DNA of 43,916 bases from a virus (taxonomy: Duplodnaviria > Caudoviricetes): positions 1 to 43,916 of the IMG/VR virus record IMGVR_UViG_3300017747_001763, one strand, 5' to 3'. The notes under the pieces were generated by a model. That model was given only the letters and a program-made list of their open reading frames with translations. It had not been told where the DNA came from and searched no databases. Shown here one piece after another: positions 8,692 through 17,405 of the stretch (its first letter is position 1; each line of letters opens with the position of its first letter). Both the position numbers and the translations under genes were made by a program.

Positions 8692-9639
8692 TTAGCTCGC
8701 TTTCGCGTTGACCGCAAGCTTCGACAGGGCCTCCATCTCCTCCATCGCCGAGGCTCGGATCTTCGGGTCTTGGTTGTTGTAGCGGGCCATGAAGTTCGGG
8801 TCCTGGTAGAGTTGGTCGATCTTCGCCGACGCCTGCGCCGGGTTCATGTTGGCGAAGCTCGGGGTCGTGCGCTGCTCGTTGCCGGGGGGCGAGCCCTCGA
8901 CATAGTTGCGGCCGAAGAACTCGAACATCTTGGCGGCGCTCGCCGGCCCAAGGGCCTTCTCGATTGCCAGGGTGTGTTCCGTGGTGAGCCCGGCCGCCTT
9001 CACCGCTGCCTTGCCGACCTCGACCTTCTCGTCGAACTTCTGCCCCCACTCCGTCTGAAGCCCCTCGACCTCGGTGGCGTGGCGCTCGGTCATCGCGTTC
9101 ACGGCGTCGAGTTCGGCCGCCTTGTAGAGATCGGTGATGCCCTTCGCCTGCGTCTTGGTCAGGTTGTTCTTGTGGAACCAGTCCTTCGCCGTGTTGATGA
9201 ACGTCGGATCAGCGCCCTCGGGAACCTCGACCTCGTAGTCCTTGGCCTCCTTCGGCTTGCCGAGCTTGTCGTAGATCGCGTCAAGCGCGGCCTTGTCCGT
9301 GTCGTCCTTCGGCAGCAGAACCGTGCGGCCAGCCTTGTCCGCACCGAACAGCTTCTCCAGGTTCCGGTAGCTGTCGGCGACGATGCCGGTGTCCGTGTCC
9401 TTGGTCCAGCCCTTGCTCTCGGCCCAGGTCTTGGCCTCGGGGTCGGCCGTCAGCTTCTCAAACCAGTTGGTGGCCCCGCCCGCGCCACCGGCCGCGCCGC
9501 CGGCACCACCCGCCCCGCCGTCGCCTGCGCCCCCCGTTCCGCCGGCCGCGCCACCGGCACCTCCGTCGCCCGAGCCGCTGCCGCCTTCCGGTGCGCGCAG
9601 GATGCCGGCGCTCAGAAGCATTCGCTGATAGATAGTCAT
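8692..9639 (-). CDS. Capsid scaffolding/assembly protein
   Basis: Gly/Ala-rich N-terminus, SY.NLEK..G, LG.P...Y and L..EWG..FD motifs; upstream of the capsid gene. Confidence 0.8.
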   Translation of the reverse strand: MTIYQRMLLSAGILRAPEGGSGSGDGGAGGAAGGTGGAGDGGAGGAGGAAGGAGGATNWFEKLTADPEAKTWAESKGWTKDTDTGIVADSYRNLEKLFGADKAGRTVLLPKDDTDKAALDAIYDKLGKPKEAKDYEVEVPEGADPTFINTAKDWFHKNNLTKTQAKGITDLYKAAELDAVNAMTERHATEVEGLQTEWGQKFDEKVEVGKAAVKAAGLTTEHTLAIEKALGPASAAKMFEFFGRNYVEGSPPGNEQRTTPSFANMNPAQASAKIDQLYQDPNFMARYNNQDPKIRASAMEEMEALSKLAVNAKAS

Positions 9640-9923
9640 AGGTCTTCCTTCAGGTTGTGGATGGTTCCGAGATCAAGGCTCAACATGCGAGCCAGGATGT
9701 CGAAGACCTGCCGCCTTCCGATTTGGACCCCCACTGCGACCGGGTCGATTGCCCCGGTCTCTCGGGCGAGCGGGGGGCCTTCACGCCCGTCGCCGTTGCA
9801 CTCCTTCCGCAGATACGCTGCGATCAGGCGAGCATTCTTCGTCAGTCCGCCATCCGGTCCATAGCACATCTGGCGCAGCGCCTGCTGGCGGACCTTGGCC
9901 TTGGTTCCCGGTTGAACGCTCAT
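9636..9923 (-). CDS. Small head-module protein (Bbp19-like)
   Basis: 95 aa with DP......GRRQVF motif, coupled to the scaffold gene by ATGA. Confidence 0.65.
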   Translation of the reverse strand: MSVQPGTKAKVRQQALRQMCYGPDGGLTKNARLIAAYLRKECNGDGREGPPLARETGAIDPVAVGVQIGRRQVFDILARMLSLDLGTIHNLKEDL

Positions 9924-9956
9924 GTGGACTTATCTGCCTTGCAATGAGTGGTGGGT

Positions 9957-11237
9957 TCAGACCTTCACGACGCCGATGGGGCCGATGTCGACCGTGTAGT
10001 CATTGGCTTGCCCCGAAACGAGGTCGATCGAGAAGACGAAGGCGCCCGCCGATGGCGCATTGATGACGGTATAGGCCGGCGTCCGGCTTCGGACGCTGTG
10101 AGCGACGGCGCAGAGTTCCGTGGCCGCATTGTTGACCGAGCAGTCGCGGAAGTTCTTGGCCCCGCCATAGCCGCTGTCGGTCGGGGTGAAGCGGATGCCG
10201 GCCTGCCGGAAGCCCGTCATCGCGCCACTGACCTTGTAGTCGCAGAATGCCTCCAGCCGCTCGCCGGCCGCCAGCGATGCGAGGGCACCGCTGATGAAGG
10301 AGCCGGTCAGGAGAATGAAACCGCCGGACGCATCGGTGCCGCTGATGACGAGACGCTGGCGAACCCACCCGGTATCGGCGTCCGTGATCTTGGACGGGGT
10401 CACGGTCATGCCCGAAGGGATGGACCCGAGCGTCCAGTTGTCCGCGATGTTCGATCCGCCCGAGCCGCCTGTGCCCAGCATACCCGGATTGGCGGCGAGA
10501 GAGCCGTAAGGGTTCTCTGCAGACCAAATGTCACCCGGCGAACCGATGGGAGCATAGGAAAGCGTCGGGAACAGGCGGACCAGCACCGATGCGATCAGGA
10601 CACCGGCCCGAAACGCCCCTTCCAGCGACATGTGGATGTTGTCGGCATTGACCAGAGAGGCGGGCGTCACATTGTTGACGGACGCCTTGTCGCTGAGAGC
10701 GGAGGACAGGTCCACGACCTCGACGCCGCCCTGGATGCGCCCGACGCGCCGTGCCCACGAGAACAGCGCCGCCTGGCGTGCCCATGTCGCGGAGCCCACG
10801 GTATAGTCGCGCCGCAAGTGCTGGATCACGAGGATCGGAAGGATGCCGGCCGCCTTCAGCGCGTCGATGATGCCCTGGTAGTAGCCCGTCGTCGCGGTCA
10901 GCCAGTCCGCAAAGGAAAGCTCGCTGGAGAACCCGGCGTCGTTAGAACTGATGCCGACGAGGCACGCGGCAGCACGAGGTGAGGCCCCGGTGATCAGACC
11001 GATATTGGCGAGAAATGTCTGCCCGCCCTCACCGCCATAGCCGAAGATATGCGAGTGGCGGAACTCGACCTGCGGCGACAGGCGATTGGCCCAGGTGACC
11101 CACCCGACTTCGTTCCAGCTCGCCTGCGATGTGTCGTTGCCGGTGGACTTGCCATAGCTCCGTTCGACGCTCGACGAGCCGATGGCGGCGATAATGGGGC
11201 GGCGACCGATCGCGCCCGTGTTGACGAGTTCGACCAT
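9957..11237 (-). CDS. SGNH/GDSL hydrolase-like protein, probably virion (head-spike) associated
   Basis: Block I IGSSS, block II GYGGE, block III SSND, block V DNIH, followed by a beta-rich C-terminal domain. Confidence 0.75.
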   Translation of the reverse strand: MVELVNTGAIGRRPIIAAIGSSSVERSYGKSTGNDTSQASWNEVGWVTWANRLSPQVEFRHSHIFGYGGEGGQTFLANIGLITGASPRAAACLVGISSNDAGFSSELSFADWLTATTGYYQGIIDALKAAGILPILVIQHLRRDYTVGSATWARQAALFSWARRVGRIQGGVEVVDLSSALSDKASVNNVTPASLVNADNIHMSLEGAFRAGVLIASVLVRLFPTLSYAPIGSPGDIWSAENPYGSLAANPGMLGTGGSGGSNIADNWTLGSIPSGMTVTPSKITDADTGWVRQRLVISGTDASGGFILLTGSFISGALASLAAGERLEAFCDYKVSGAMTGFRQAGIRFTPTDSGYGGAKNFRDCSVNNAATELCAVAHSVRSRTPAYTVINAPSAGAFVFSIDLVSGQANDYTVDIGPIGVVKV

Positions 11238-11431
11238 CAGGCGGCCCTCACAAGATGCACGACGGGCTCACCGCTGCGGGTGGCCATGGCGCCGTTGAAG
11301 GTGACGAAATCCCAGCGATAGCCGCTTGGGGCGGGAGACGAAGCCCAGGCGGCGGGGTTACCACCCGTGCCATGGGCGTCACCCGCTACAATAGCGCCGG
11401 TGCCGATGCCGATGGACGCCCCGCTAATCAC
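11237..11431 (-). CDS. Short head-spike fibre/adaptor peptide
   Basis: 64 aa, coupled at both ends (GTGA, TGATG). N-terminal MISGASIGIG resembles the G-x-G-x-G anchor of RcGTA head fibre Rcc01080. Confidence 0.55.
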   Translation of the reverse strand: MISGASIGIGTGAIVAGDAHGTGGNPAAWASSPAPSGYRWDFVTFNGAMATRSGEPVVHLVRAA

Positions 11432-11679
11432 ACGACACCCGTGAGGCCGGTCGCCGACGTGCCGGCGGCGAGCACGCGCTTGATGACGAGCGCGAAGCGC
11501 CCGGCCGGAAGCGTCAGCGTGACGGCAGCGCCGTTGCGCTTCTGCACCGCGAGCGTTCCACCCACGGCGACGATGATCTCGCGGGTCTCGTAGGCAAGAT
11601 CGGTCCCGTCATCCGGCGTGATGGGGAAGTAGTCTTCCGCCGGCCCGGTATCGTGTTTGCCGCGTCCCATGCCAGCCAT
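11428..11679 (-). CDS. Head spike base protein (RcGTA Rcc01079-like)
   Basis: PA..YFPITPDD.TDL...TR.I.V..GG.L.V...LPAG....KRVLAAGT.ATGL matches the recalled family consensus. Confidence 0.75.
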   Translation of the reverse strand: MAGMGRGKHDTGPAEDYFPITPDDGTDLAYETREIIVAVGGTLAVQKRNGAAVTLTLPAGRFALVIKRVLAAGTSATGLTGVV

Positions 11680-11680
11680 G

Positions 11681-11938
11681 TCAGTGCACCTTCTCGTCTG
11701 TGGGGGCCGTAATCATCTGGCCTAGCAATTCCAGAGCACTCTGCGTTCCGCACATCAAGCGCATTAGCACATCAGTGGGTGCGCTGTTCAAGATGTGATA
11801 GCCGAATGTCACGGTGCCGTCAGCCTCGACCGAGACCACGACGACCGCCGGGGTGTGCTTCACCGCGTCAGCGATGGCGCTCTCCAGCGGGCCGTGCTCC
11901 TTCCGAGCCACCGATCCTTCGGGATACAAGGCGTCCAT
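11681..11938 (-). CDS. Hypothetical protein
   Basis: 85 aa, TGATG-coupled to the portal stop. Confidence 0.6.
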   Translation of the reverse strand: MDALYPEGSVARKEHGPLESAIADAVKHTPAVVVVSVEADGTVTFGYHILNSAPTDVLMRLMCGTQSALELLGQMITAPTDEKVH

Positions 11939-13593
11939 CAGATGATCCCTGTCGTCGAGCCGGCCGGGGCCTGCGCCCCGATCTGCCTGGCCTGCGCGAA
12001 GTCCTTAGTCGCCTTGGCGATGTCGGGCAAGGCTTCCGAAAGCTGCTTCGCCTGCATCGCCATCTCGTCTGCCTGGTCCTGCTCGGCGACCTCCTCCTCG
12101 CTGTAGAGGATGTCCGGCGGCGCGCCGTTGATGTCGGTCAGGCGCTCCAGCACGCGGCCCGAGTTGACCCGGCGCGCGATCTTCTGGTCGAACTGCGCAA
12201 GCTGCACCGCGCTCTCCAGCGTGCGCAGGATGCCGACGCCCTCCTCGGCCTTGATCGCGCGGGTGAGCGGGCTGTCGAACTCGATGTCCATGCCGCCGTC
12301 GTCGAGCAGTTCGCGCGGCACGCTCTCGGCCGGGACCGCCCCGGCGTGGAACAGGATGTCCAGTTCGCGCTCGATGATCGCGCCCAGGAACTCGGTGCGC
12401 AGGCGGCCACCGACAGGCCCGAGCAGCGCGCCCTTCTCCTGGACAAGCTGCATCACCTCGGTCGCGGTCTTGCGGTCGCCCTGCTGGTCGATCAGCACCT
12501 GGAACAGGTTGATCAGGAAGGCCCCGTTGATCGCCTGCCGGCGCTGGTTCATGAGTTCCAGCGTGAAGCCGGTCTCGCCCTGCGGACGCAGCGGCTTGAT
12601 CCGGTCCACGCCGTCCGGCGACAGGTAGCCGTAGTTGATCGCGCCTGGCCGCACGGCGAACGGATCGAGGCTGTCGGCATCGACCGCCATCCACGTCGGG
12701 TCGGTCACAAGCTGGCCGTAGCGCAGGCTGGTCTTCGCCATCTCTTGGAGCGTCAGGATGTCCGACAGGGCGTCCTGCGCCGGGCCGCGTGCGTAGATTT
12801 CACGGGGCGCGGTGACGTAGCGGGCGACGGCGAACGGGAAGACGCGGTAGCCGGTCTCCTCGACGATGCAGTCCTCGCCGACGATGAACGTCACCGAGGC
12901 GAACGGCATGTTCTTGTTCTGCTTGCTGCGCGGGTCGCGCTCGGTGCGCGGGTAGACGGCCTTGCAGAACTTGACCTTCTTGTCCGGCGCGCTCTCGGCG
13001 TCCTTGCGCATCTTCTCGGGCAGACCGTTGCCGAAGCGCTGGACCGCCTGGCGCAGGGTATATTCGTGCACCCAAAACGCGGTGTCGATCATCCCGTTGT
13101 GGTCCTCGTCGAACCAGACCTCCGAGAGGTGGATCGAGACGTAGCGGATGCCCGGCTTGGCGTCGTGGATGTAGAGCGCGCCGTTGCCGAAGGCCCCAAG
13201 CCCCATGTAGGTCTCATAGGCCCGGCTGGCGAAGTTGGCGCGGGGCGCGTAGCGCACGCTGAACAGCAGATCGTTCAGCCCCATGCAGAACCGCTGGATG
13301 TTCGGGTTGCGGTTGAGCGCGCGGTTCTTCGGGGTCAGCAGGGACCATTTGCTGGTCTGTGGCGTGATCAGCGTGTCGATGGCTGCGGCGAAGCGCGGGA
13401 GCGCCATCTGCGCCGTGCTGTCGAAGATTTCCTGGTTCAGGTTCGTGCCCGGCGCATAGGACGTGGTGAACCCGATGCTCGTCGGGAGCACGACGCGGGC
13501 GATGCGCTCCCAGGTCGAGTTGAAGTTCACACGATCCGACTGGAGCCGCTTCAGCCGGTCGTTCAGCGTCTTCGCAAGCTCCTCGCCGGCCAT
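11938..13593 (-). CDS. Portal (head-tail connector) protein
   Basis: 551 aa; IFDSTA, AFGNG, FP..V.RY...E.Y.RGP and KTATEV...EK..LLGPV..RL..E motifs of T7/BPP-1-type portals. Confidence 0.93.
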   Translation of the reverse strand: MAGEELAKTLNDRLKRLQSDRVNFNSTWERIARVVLPTSIGFTTSYAPGTNLNQEIFDSTAQMALPRFAAAIDTLITPQTSKWSLLTPKNRALNRNPNIQRFCMGLNDLLFSVRYAPRANFASRAYETYMGLGAFGNGALYIHDAKPGIRYVSIHLSEVWFDEDHNGMIDTAFWVHEYTLRQAVQRFGNGLPEKMRKDAESAPDKKVKFCKAVYPRTERDPRSKQNKNMPFASVTFIVGEDCIVEETGYRVFPFAVARYVTAPREIYARGPAQDALSDILTLQEMAKTSLRYGQLVTDPTWMAVDADSLDPFAVRPGAINYGYLSPDGVDRIKPLRPQGETGFTLELMNQRRQAINGAFLINLFQVLIDQQGDRKTATEVMQLVQEKGALLGPVGGRLRTEFLGAIIERELDILFHAGAVPAESVPRELLDDGGMDIEFDSPLTRAIKAEEGVGILRTLESAVQLAQFDQKIARRVNSGRVLERLTDINGAPPDILYSEEEVAEQDQADEMAMQAKQLSEALPDIAKATKDFAQARQIGAQAPAGSTTGII

Positions 13594-13597
13594 GATC

Positions 13598-13789
13598 TTA
13601 CTGTCCAGTCCTGGTCGTGGTGCCGAGGTTCGGAAGGCCGCTATCGCTCGTCAGGATCGTGGTGCGCCGGCCCTGCTTGCGCGCGGCGGCGTCCTCGGCG
13701 TTGATCTTCGACGTGGCGTCGTCGATCTGCGGAGGCGGTGCGACAGGAGGTGGAGCCTTCGGTCCGCCGCCGCCCATAAGTCCAGCCAT
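13598..13789 (-). CDS. Small virion protein upstream of portal (T7 gp7.3-like position)
   Basis: 63 aa, MAGLMGGGGPKAPPP...GRRTTILT; RBS GAGGAG. Confidence 0.65.
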   Translation of the reverse strand: MAGLMGGGGPKAPPPVAPPPQIDDATSKINAEDAAARKQGRRTTILTSDSGLPNLGTTTRTGQ

Positions 13790-13802
13790 GGTCGTATCTC
13801 CT

Positions 13803-15260
13803 CTAGAGCTTCACTTCGCCTGTGCCAGCGGCTACCATGATAGGGGGCCTGAAGTCACCTCCCCAGGAGACACGACGGTTCATGGTGCGACCAAATCTGC
13901 GGCCCATCATCGCGTAGCGGCTCGCCGATATCAAGTCGTCTGCCAGTTTAACCAGCACGCCGTCCTTGCGGTGGTAGATGTTGAACTCCTCAAACCACAT
14001 CGTGCAGGTGCTGAAGACCTTCCAGCGGCCCTCGTTCATGCGGGTCAGCATGTCCATGATCCCGGCCTCGACGCCGACCGATCCGTCCTCGAAGGTGACG
14101 TGGCTCTCGTGCGTGTTCAGCCCGGCCGCGCGATACTGCTTCGCCAACTGGAGCCCCGAGCCCTTGTCGTGCTGGTTGCCGTCGTGAGGCCACATCCAGG
14201 GCAGGCGAGCGCCCCACTGCTTCAGGGTCGCGCCGTGCACCAACGGGGTCTGCTTGCGCTCGCGATACTCGCGGGTCAGGTAGATCGTGTCGGTGTCGCG
14301 GTCCCAGGCGATCTCGACGGCCGCGAAAGGATGGTCCCAGCCGAAGTCCATTCCACCGAGACGAGCCCAATGGTCGGGAATTTGAATGGGGTCGATCTTG
14401 ATCCGGTCTTCGGAGATGTTGAAGACACGACCTGATCCGAGGACTGGTATGCCTTTCGTGCGGGCGTCACGGGTTGCATCATCGTATGACGCAATAATTC
14501 GAGCCTTCTGCGCATCGCTATAGTGCCCCACGTCTTCGATGGTCATCTGAACCACGACGCGGTCATTGCCGGGGTTCTGGAAGAACTTCATCACGACCTG
14601 GGACATACCCTTCAGCGGCGTGAAGGTGATGTAGACCATGCCATCGGTCGCGTTGGTTCGGGTGACGGCTTCCTCGTAAACGTCATAGGGCGGCTCCTCG
14701 TCGAGCCAGACGCCGTCCACGGTCGAGGCCTGCCACTTCGCGCGGCCCTGGTCGAAGCTCTTGAACTGGAGGATCGACTGGCCGCCCTGGATGTGGTTGA
14801 CCACGACCGCGTCGATGGCGTCCTTGACGCCGGCCCGGCGCTTCGGCTGCTGCGCGATGCACTCGCGCGGGATCAGCCCCGTGCCCCACAGTTCCTCGAT
14901 TGACGGCGGCCCCACGAGCAGGCGCTGCATGCCGTCTCGGGTTAGCTCGCCGCTCTCGGAGCCCGCAAGCCAGGCGGTCGGCCGCGACCACATCCGGCCC
15001 TTCCAGCCGGGCGGATACCGGCCGGTCAGGTGGAAGGCCATCTCCGCTGCGCCCGAGTAGGTCTTGCCTAGCTGGTTGCCGGCCGAGAACAGGCGCTCGC
15101 GATACTTCGCGCCCATCTCGTGGAACAGCACCTGCTTCGGGTAGGGCCGATAGTCGGACAGCTTGGCGAACTTCGCCTGCTCCTGCTTCGCGGCGTTGAC
15201 CCGCTGCACGAGCGCCTGAAGCTCGTCGTCCGACAGGTTGCGGAGGTGTTCGATGCTCAC
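13803..15260 (-). CDS. terL: Terminase large subunit (P22-like)
   Basis: Walker A AGNQLGKT, Walker B VWLDEEPP, TFTPLKG, nuclease GMDFGWDHP and DDLISASRYA. Confidence 0.95.
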   Translation of the reverse strand: MSIEHLRNLSDDELQALVQRVNAAKQEQAKFAKLSDYRPYPKQVLFHEMGAKYRERLFSAGNQLGKTYSGAAEMAFHLTGRYPPGWKGRMWSRPTAWLAGSESGELTRDGMQRLLVGPPSIEELWGTGLIPRECIAQQPKRRAGVKDAIDAVVVNHIQGGQSILQFKSFDQGRAKWQASTVDGVWLDEEPPYDVYEEAVTRTNATDGMVYITFTPLKGMSQVVMKFFQNPGNDRVVVQMTIEDVGHYSDAQKARIIASYDDATRDARTKGIPVLGSGRVFNISEDRIKIDPIQIPDHWARLGGMDFGWDHPFAAVEIAWDRDTDTIYLTREYRERKQTPLVHGATLKQWGARLPWMWPHDGNQHDKGSGLQLAKQYRAAGLNTHESHVTFEDGSVGVEAGIMDMLTRMNEGRWKVFSTCTMWFEEFNIYHRKDGVLVKLADDLISASRYAMMGRRFGRTMNRRVSWGGDFRPPIMVAAGTGEVKL

Positions 15261-15508
15261 GGCAAGTCCTTCGCTACCAGGCTCGCGTAGCCGGCGATGT
15301 CGTCCCAGTGGTCTCTGTGATTTGGATCGCCGGTAGAGATGCGCGCCAGCTTAACCAGTATCTGGTTAACCGCGACACGCTGTTGAGGGTTCAGCTTCGT
15401 GCACCTGTCGTTGTAAAACGCTCTCGTCAGGTCGTCGGCCGTCTGCGCCATCTGCTCGAAGTTGCCGTGCGTGGCACGCCGGCTTTCTGGCTCCCCTGCT
15501 TCAGCCAT
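15257..15508 (-). CDS. DUF6378-like protein
   Basis: True start ATG 15508 (MAEAGEPESRRATHG), 83 aa; KLARI..GDP.H.DHWDDIAGYA motif. Confidence 0.7.
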   Translation of the reverse strand: MAEAGEPESRRATHGNFEQMAQTADDLTRAFYNDRCTKLNPQQRVAVNQILVKLARISTGDPNHRDHWDDIAGYASLVAKDLP

Positions 15509-16029
15509 CAGTTCCACTCGATATGCTCGGGGGTGATGATCCGCGCCGTGTTGTTCGGCACCTCCAGGTCTGCCATGAGCATGATCGGGTGCTCGCGGTG
15601 CGGCTTGTGCACGCCGACCTTCGTGGCCTCGTTGACGGCCGACAGCATGACGTTCCAGGCGCGGGCGAACTCGACCTTGTAGTCCGGCGAGCCTTCCGGC
15701 AGTTCGGGCATGCGGCCATGGCCGACACCCATCCAGCCGACGATCCGGTTCAGGTCTTGGCCTTCCTCGCGCATGTAGGCGATGTTGGCGGCCATGAAGC
15801 GCTCGACCGCTTCCTCCAGCCCGTGCTTGGCCTTCATGTCGGCCGTGACCTTGGCGATGCACGCCGCGATCAGATGCAGGTCGCCGGATCGCAACTCGCG
15901 CACGATCTCGCGCGCCTTGGCGGCGTCGGCCGAGTAGGTGGCCTCCTTGCGATCGGTCGCGTCGAGCTTGCGGGCTTCGGGCCGCCGGGCCGCGACCCCG
16001 GCTTGGACCCGCTTCAGAATGTCGTTCAT
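15508..16029 (-). CDS. Hypothetical protein (ends EWN)
   Basis: 173 aa, phage-typical codons, coupled at both ends. Confidence 0.75.
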   Translation of the reverse strand: MNDILKRVQAGVAARRPEARKLDATDRKEATYSADAAKAREIVRELRSGDLHLIAACIAKVTADMKAKHGLEEAVERFMAANIAYMREEGQDLNRIVGWMGVGHGRMPELPEGSPDYKVEFARAWNVMLSAVNEATKVGVHKPHREHPIMLMADLEVPNNTARIITPEHIEWN

Positions 16030-16148
16030 CTCGTGCTCCGTGCGAACTCGGGCGAGGAACTGATCGTCCTGCCGCCCATGGTGAACATGCCGATGACGGT
16101 CCAGACCGCCAGGCCGTAGATCAGTGCAAACTTGCGAAAGTGTGCCAC
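16026..16148 (-). CDS. Small single-TM membrane protein
   Basis: GTG 16148: (M)AHFRKFALIYGLAVWTVIGMFTMGG..., 40 aa, ATGA-coupled to the next gene. Confidence 0.45.
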   Translation of the reverse strand: MAHFRKFALIYGLAVWTVIGMFTMGGRTISSSPEFARSTR

Positions 16149-16252
16149 AGCTTCACTCCCAGCCAGATCACAACCCCGTAGACCAGCAGCGCCGGGACGA
16201 TGGCCCAGGCCATGCCGCGCCAGATACCCGAACTCACGACAGGTCGCTCCAT
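16121..16252 (-). CDS. Small single-TM membrane protein
   Basis: TGATG-coupled start at 16252: MERPVVSSGIWRGMAWAIVPALLVYGVVIWLGVKLWHTFASLH (43 aa). Confidence 0.55.
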   Translation of the reverse strand: MERPVVSSGIWRGMAWAIVPALLVYGVVIWLGVKLWHTFASLH

Positions 16253-17112
16253 CAATCCCACTCCGTCTCGGAAGGCACGTCGGCCTCCAGGTCCACGACA
16301 CGCTTCAGGCCGTCCGTCAGGTGAACACTGGCGGGCATCCGCAGATCGCCGACGCGCTCGGTCGGGCTCACGACGGTCGCCCGCTCGAAGGCGGTCGCCG
16401 CCCCCTGGATCGCCTCGGCCACGTCGATGTCCTCGTAGTCGAGCACGTTGGTCGTCGCGACCACCTTGGCTTCCTCGGCGCGGCGCTTCAACTCCTCGTT
16501 CAGGGCCGCCAGGATTTGATCGGCGGCTTCTGGGTCGATGACCTCGCCGGGCCGGATCGTCACGTCGCTTTCGATCTTCTTCGGGATGAAGGTCGCCATC
16601 ATGGTCTTGATGTATTGCCCCGGCGCTTTCGCAGCGAAGGCTTCCATCGCGGCCTTGCCTTCCTTGACGAAGGTCTCCCGCGCCACCTTGGACAGGCGGA
16701 ACGCGAGATCGGCCTGCTGCTGCTTGACCGTCATCCGCGCCGGCACCCAGTCGGGATAGTCCGACTTGCCGGCATGGAGCCGCGCCAGCATGTGCACCTC
16801 GGCGACGATGTGCGCGTTGTGCATCTTGGCGCGGATGCCGTTCGCCGCAGCGATCAGCCAACGGGGATGGTCGGGGTAGTCCCGGCAGATCACGACCTTG
16901 CGTTCGCGCTCGTCGAACCAGTCGCGGGTGTCGTCCTGGATGAAGCTCTCGCCCTGCTGCACCGCCTTGGGCACGAACAGCCACATCCGGCTATCGTCCG
17001 GCGGCAGGATGCCGGCCGCGAGCGGCGCGGGCAGCTTGATCTTGCCTTGTGCGCTACCCGGCCGCGACAGCGGACCCGGCAGGGCGTTGGGGAGGCGGGC
17101 GTCGCTTGGCAT
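16252..17112 (-). CDS. Putative terminase small subunit / packaging-region protein (ends EWD)
   Basis: Start reassigned to ATG 17112 (TGATG overlap), 286 aa. F..EG..AM......P.QY.K.....PK segment resembles TerS-like proteins; lies upstream of terL. Confidence 0.5.
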   Translation of the reverse strand: MPSDARLPNALPGPLSRPGSAQGKIKLPAPLAAGILPPDDSRMWLFVPKAVQQGESFIQDDTRDWFDERERKVVICRDYPDHPRWLIAAANGIRAKMHNAHIVAEVHMLARLHAGKSDYPDWVPARMTVKQQQADLAFRLSKVARETFVKEGKAAMEAFAAKAPGQYIKTMMATFIPKKIESDVTIRPGEVIDPEAADQILAALNEELKRRAEEAKVVATTNVLDYEDIDVAEAIQGAATAFERATVVSPTERVGDLRMPASVHLTDGLKRVVDLEADVPSETEWD

Positions 17113-17354
17113 CAGGTTCGCGGCCCCCCGCCGATCCCGAGCCACGGCCCGCCAGAGATGATTTCGCCGTCGAACTCGGCCCCGAGATATTCCGCGTCGG
17201 CCGGCACGCTCAGCATCTCGCCGATGGCGGTCCACGCGGTGAACTGCTCGGAGCCAGCGCCGACCCGGTAGCGGGCGCGCCAGACCGAACGAAGCGGGAC
17301 ACTCGACCGCATGTCGTGCGTCACCTGCTCTGAAGCCTTCGGGTCACCGGGCAT
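17112..17354 (-). CDS. Hypothetical protein, first gene of the late arm
   Basis: ATG 17354 with AGGAG RBS, 80 aa (MPGDPKASEQ...). Confidence 0.65.
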   Translation of the reverse strand: MPGDPKASEQVTHDMRSSVPLRSVWRARYRVGAGSEQFTAWTAIGEMLSVPADAEYLGAEFDGEIISGGPWLGIGGGPRT

Positions 17355-17376
17355 GGCGCTTCTCCTGTTCGGGGGC

Positions 17377-17405
17377 AGATAGCCATCGGGGTTCGGCCTT
17401 GTCAA
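17377..17405 (-). promoter_or_regulatory. Putative leftward promoter for the packaging/late arm
   Basis: TTGACA-N17-CTATCT about 20 nt upstream of the ATG. Confidence 0.6.

Noticed and set aside
9470-9590. GCC/CCG-rich quasi-repeats
   Set aside because: They encode the Gly/Ala low-complexity N-terminus common in scaffolding proteins
15257-15508. DUF6378-like gene as evidence of a modified-base (e.g. Z-base) pathway
   Set aside because: No PurZ, DatZ, queuosine-pathway or other base-modification genes recognised in the complete genome
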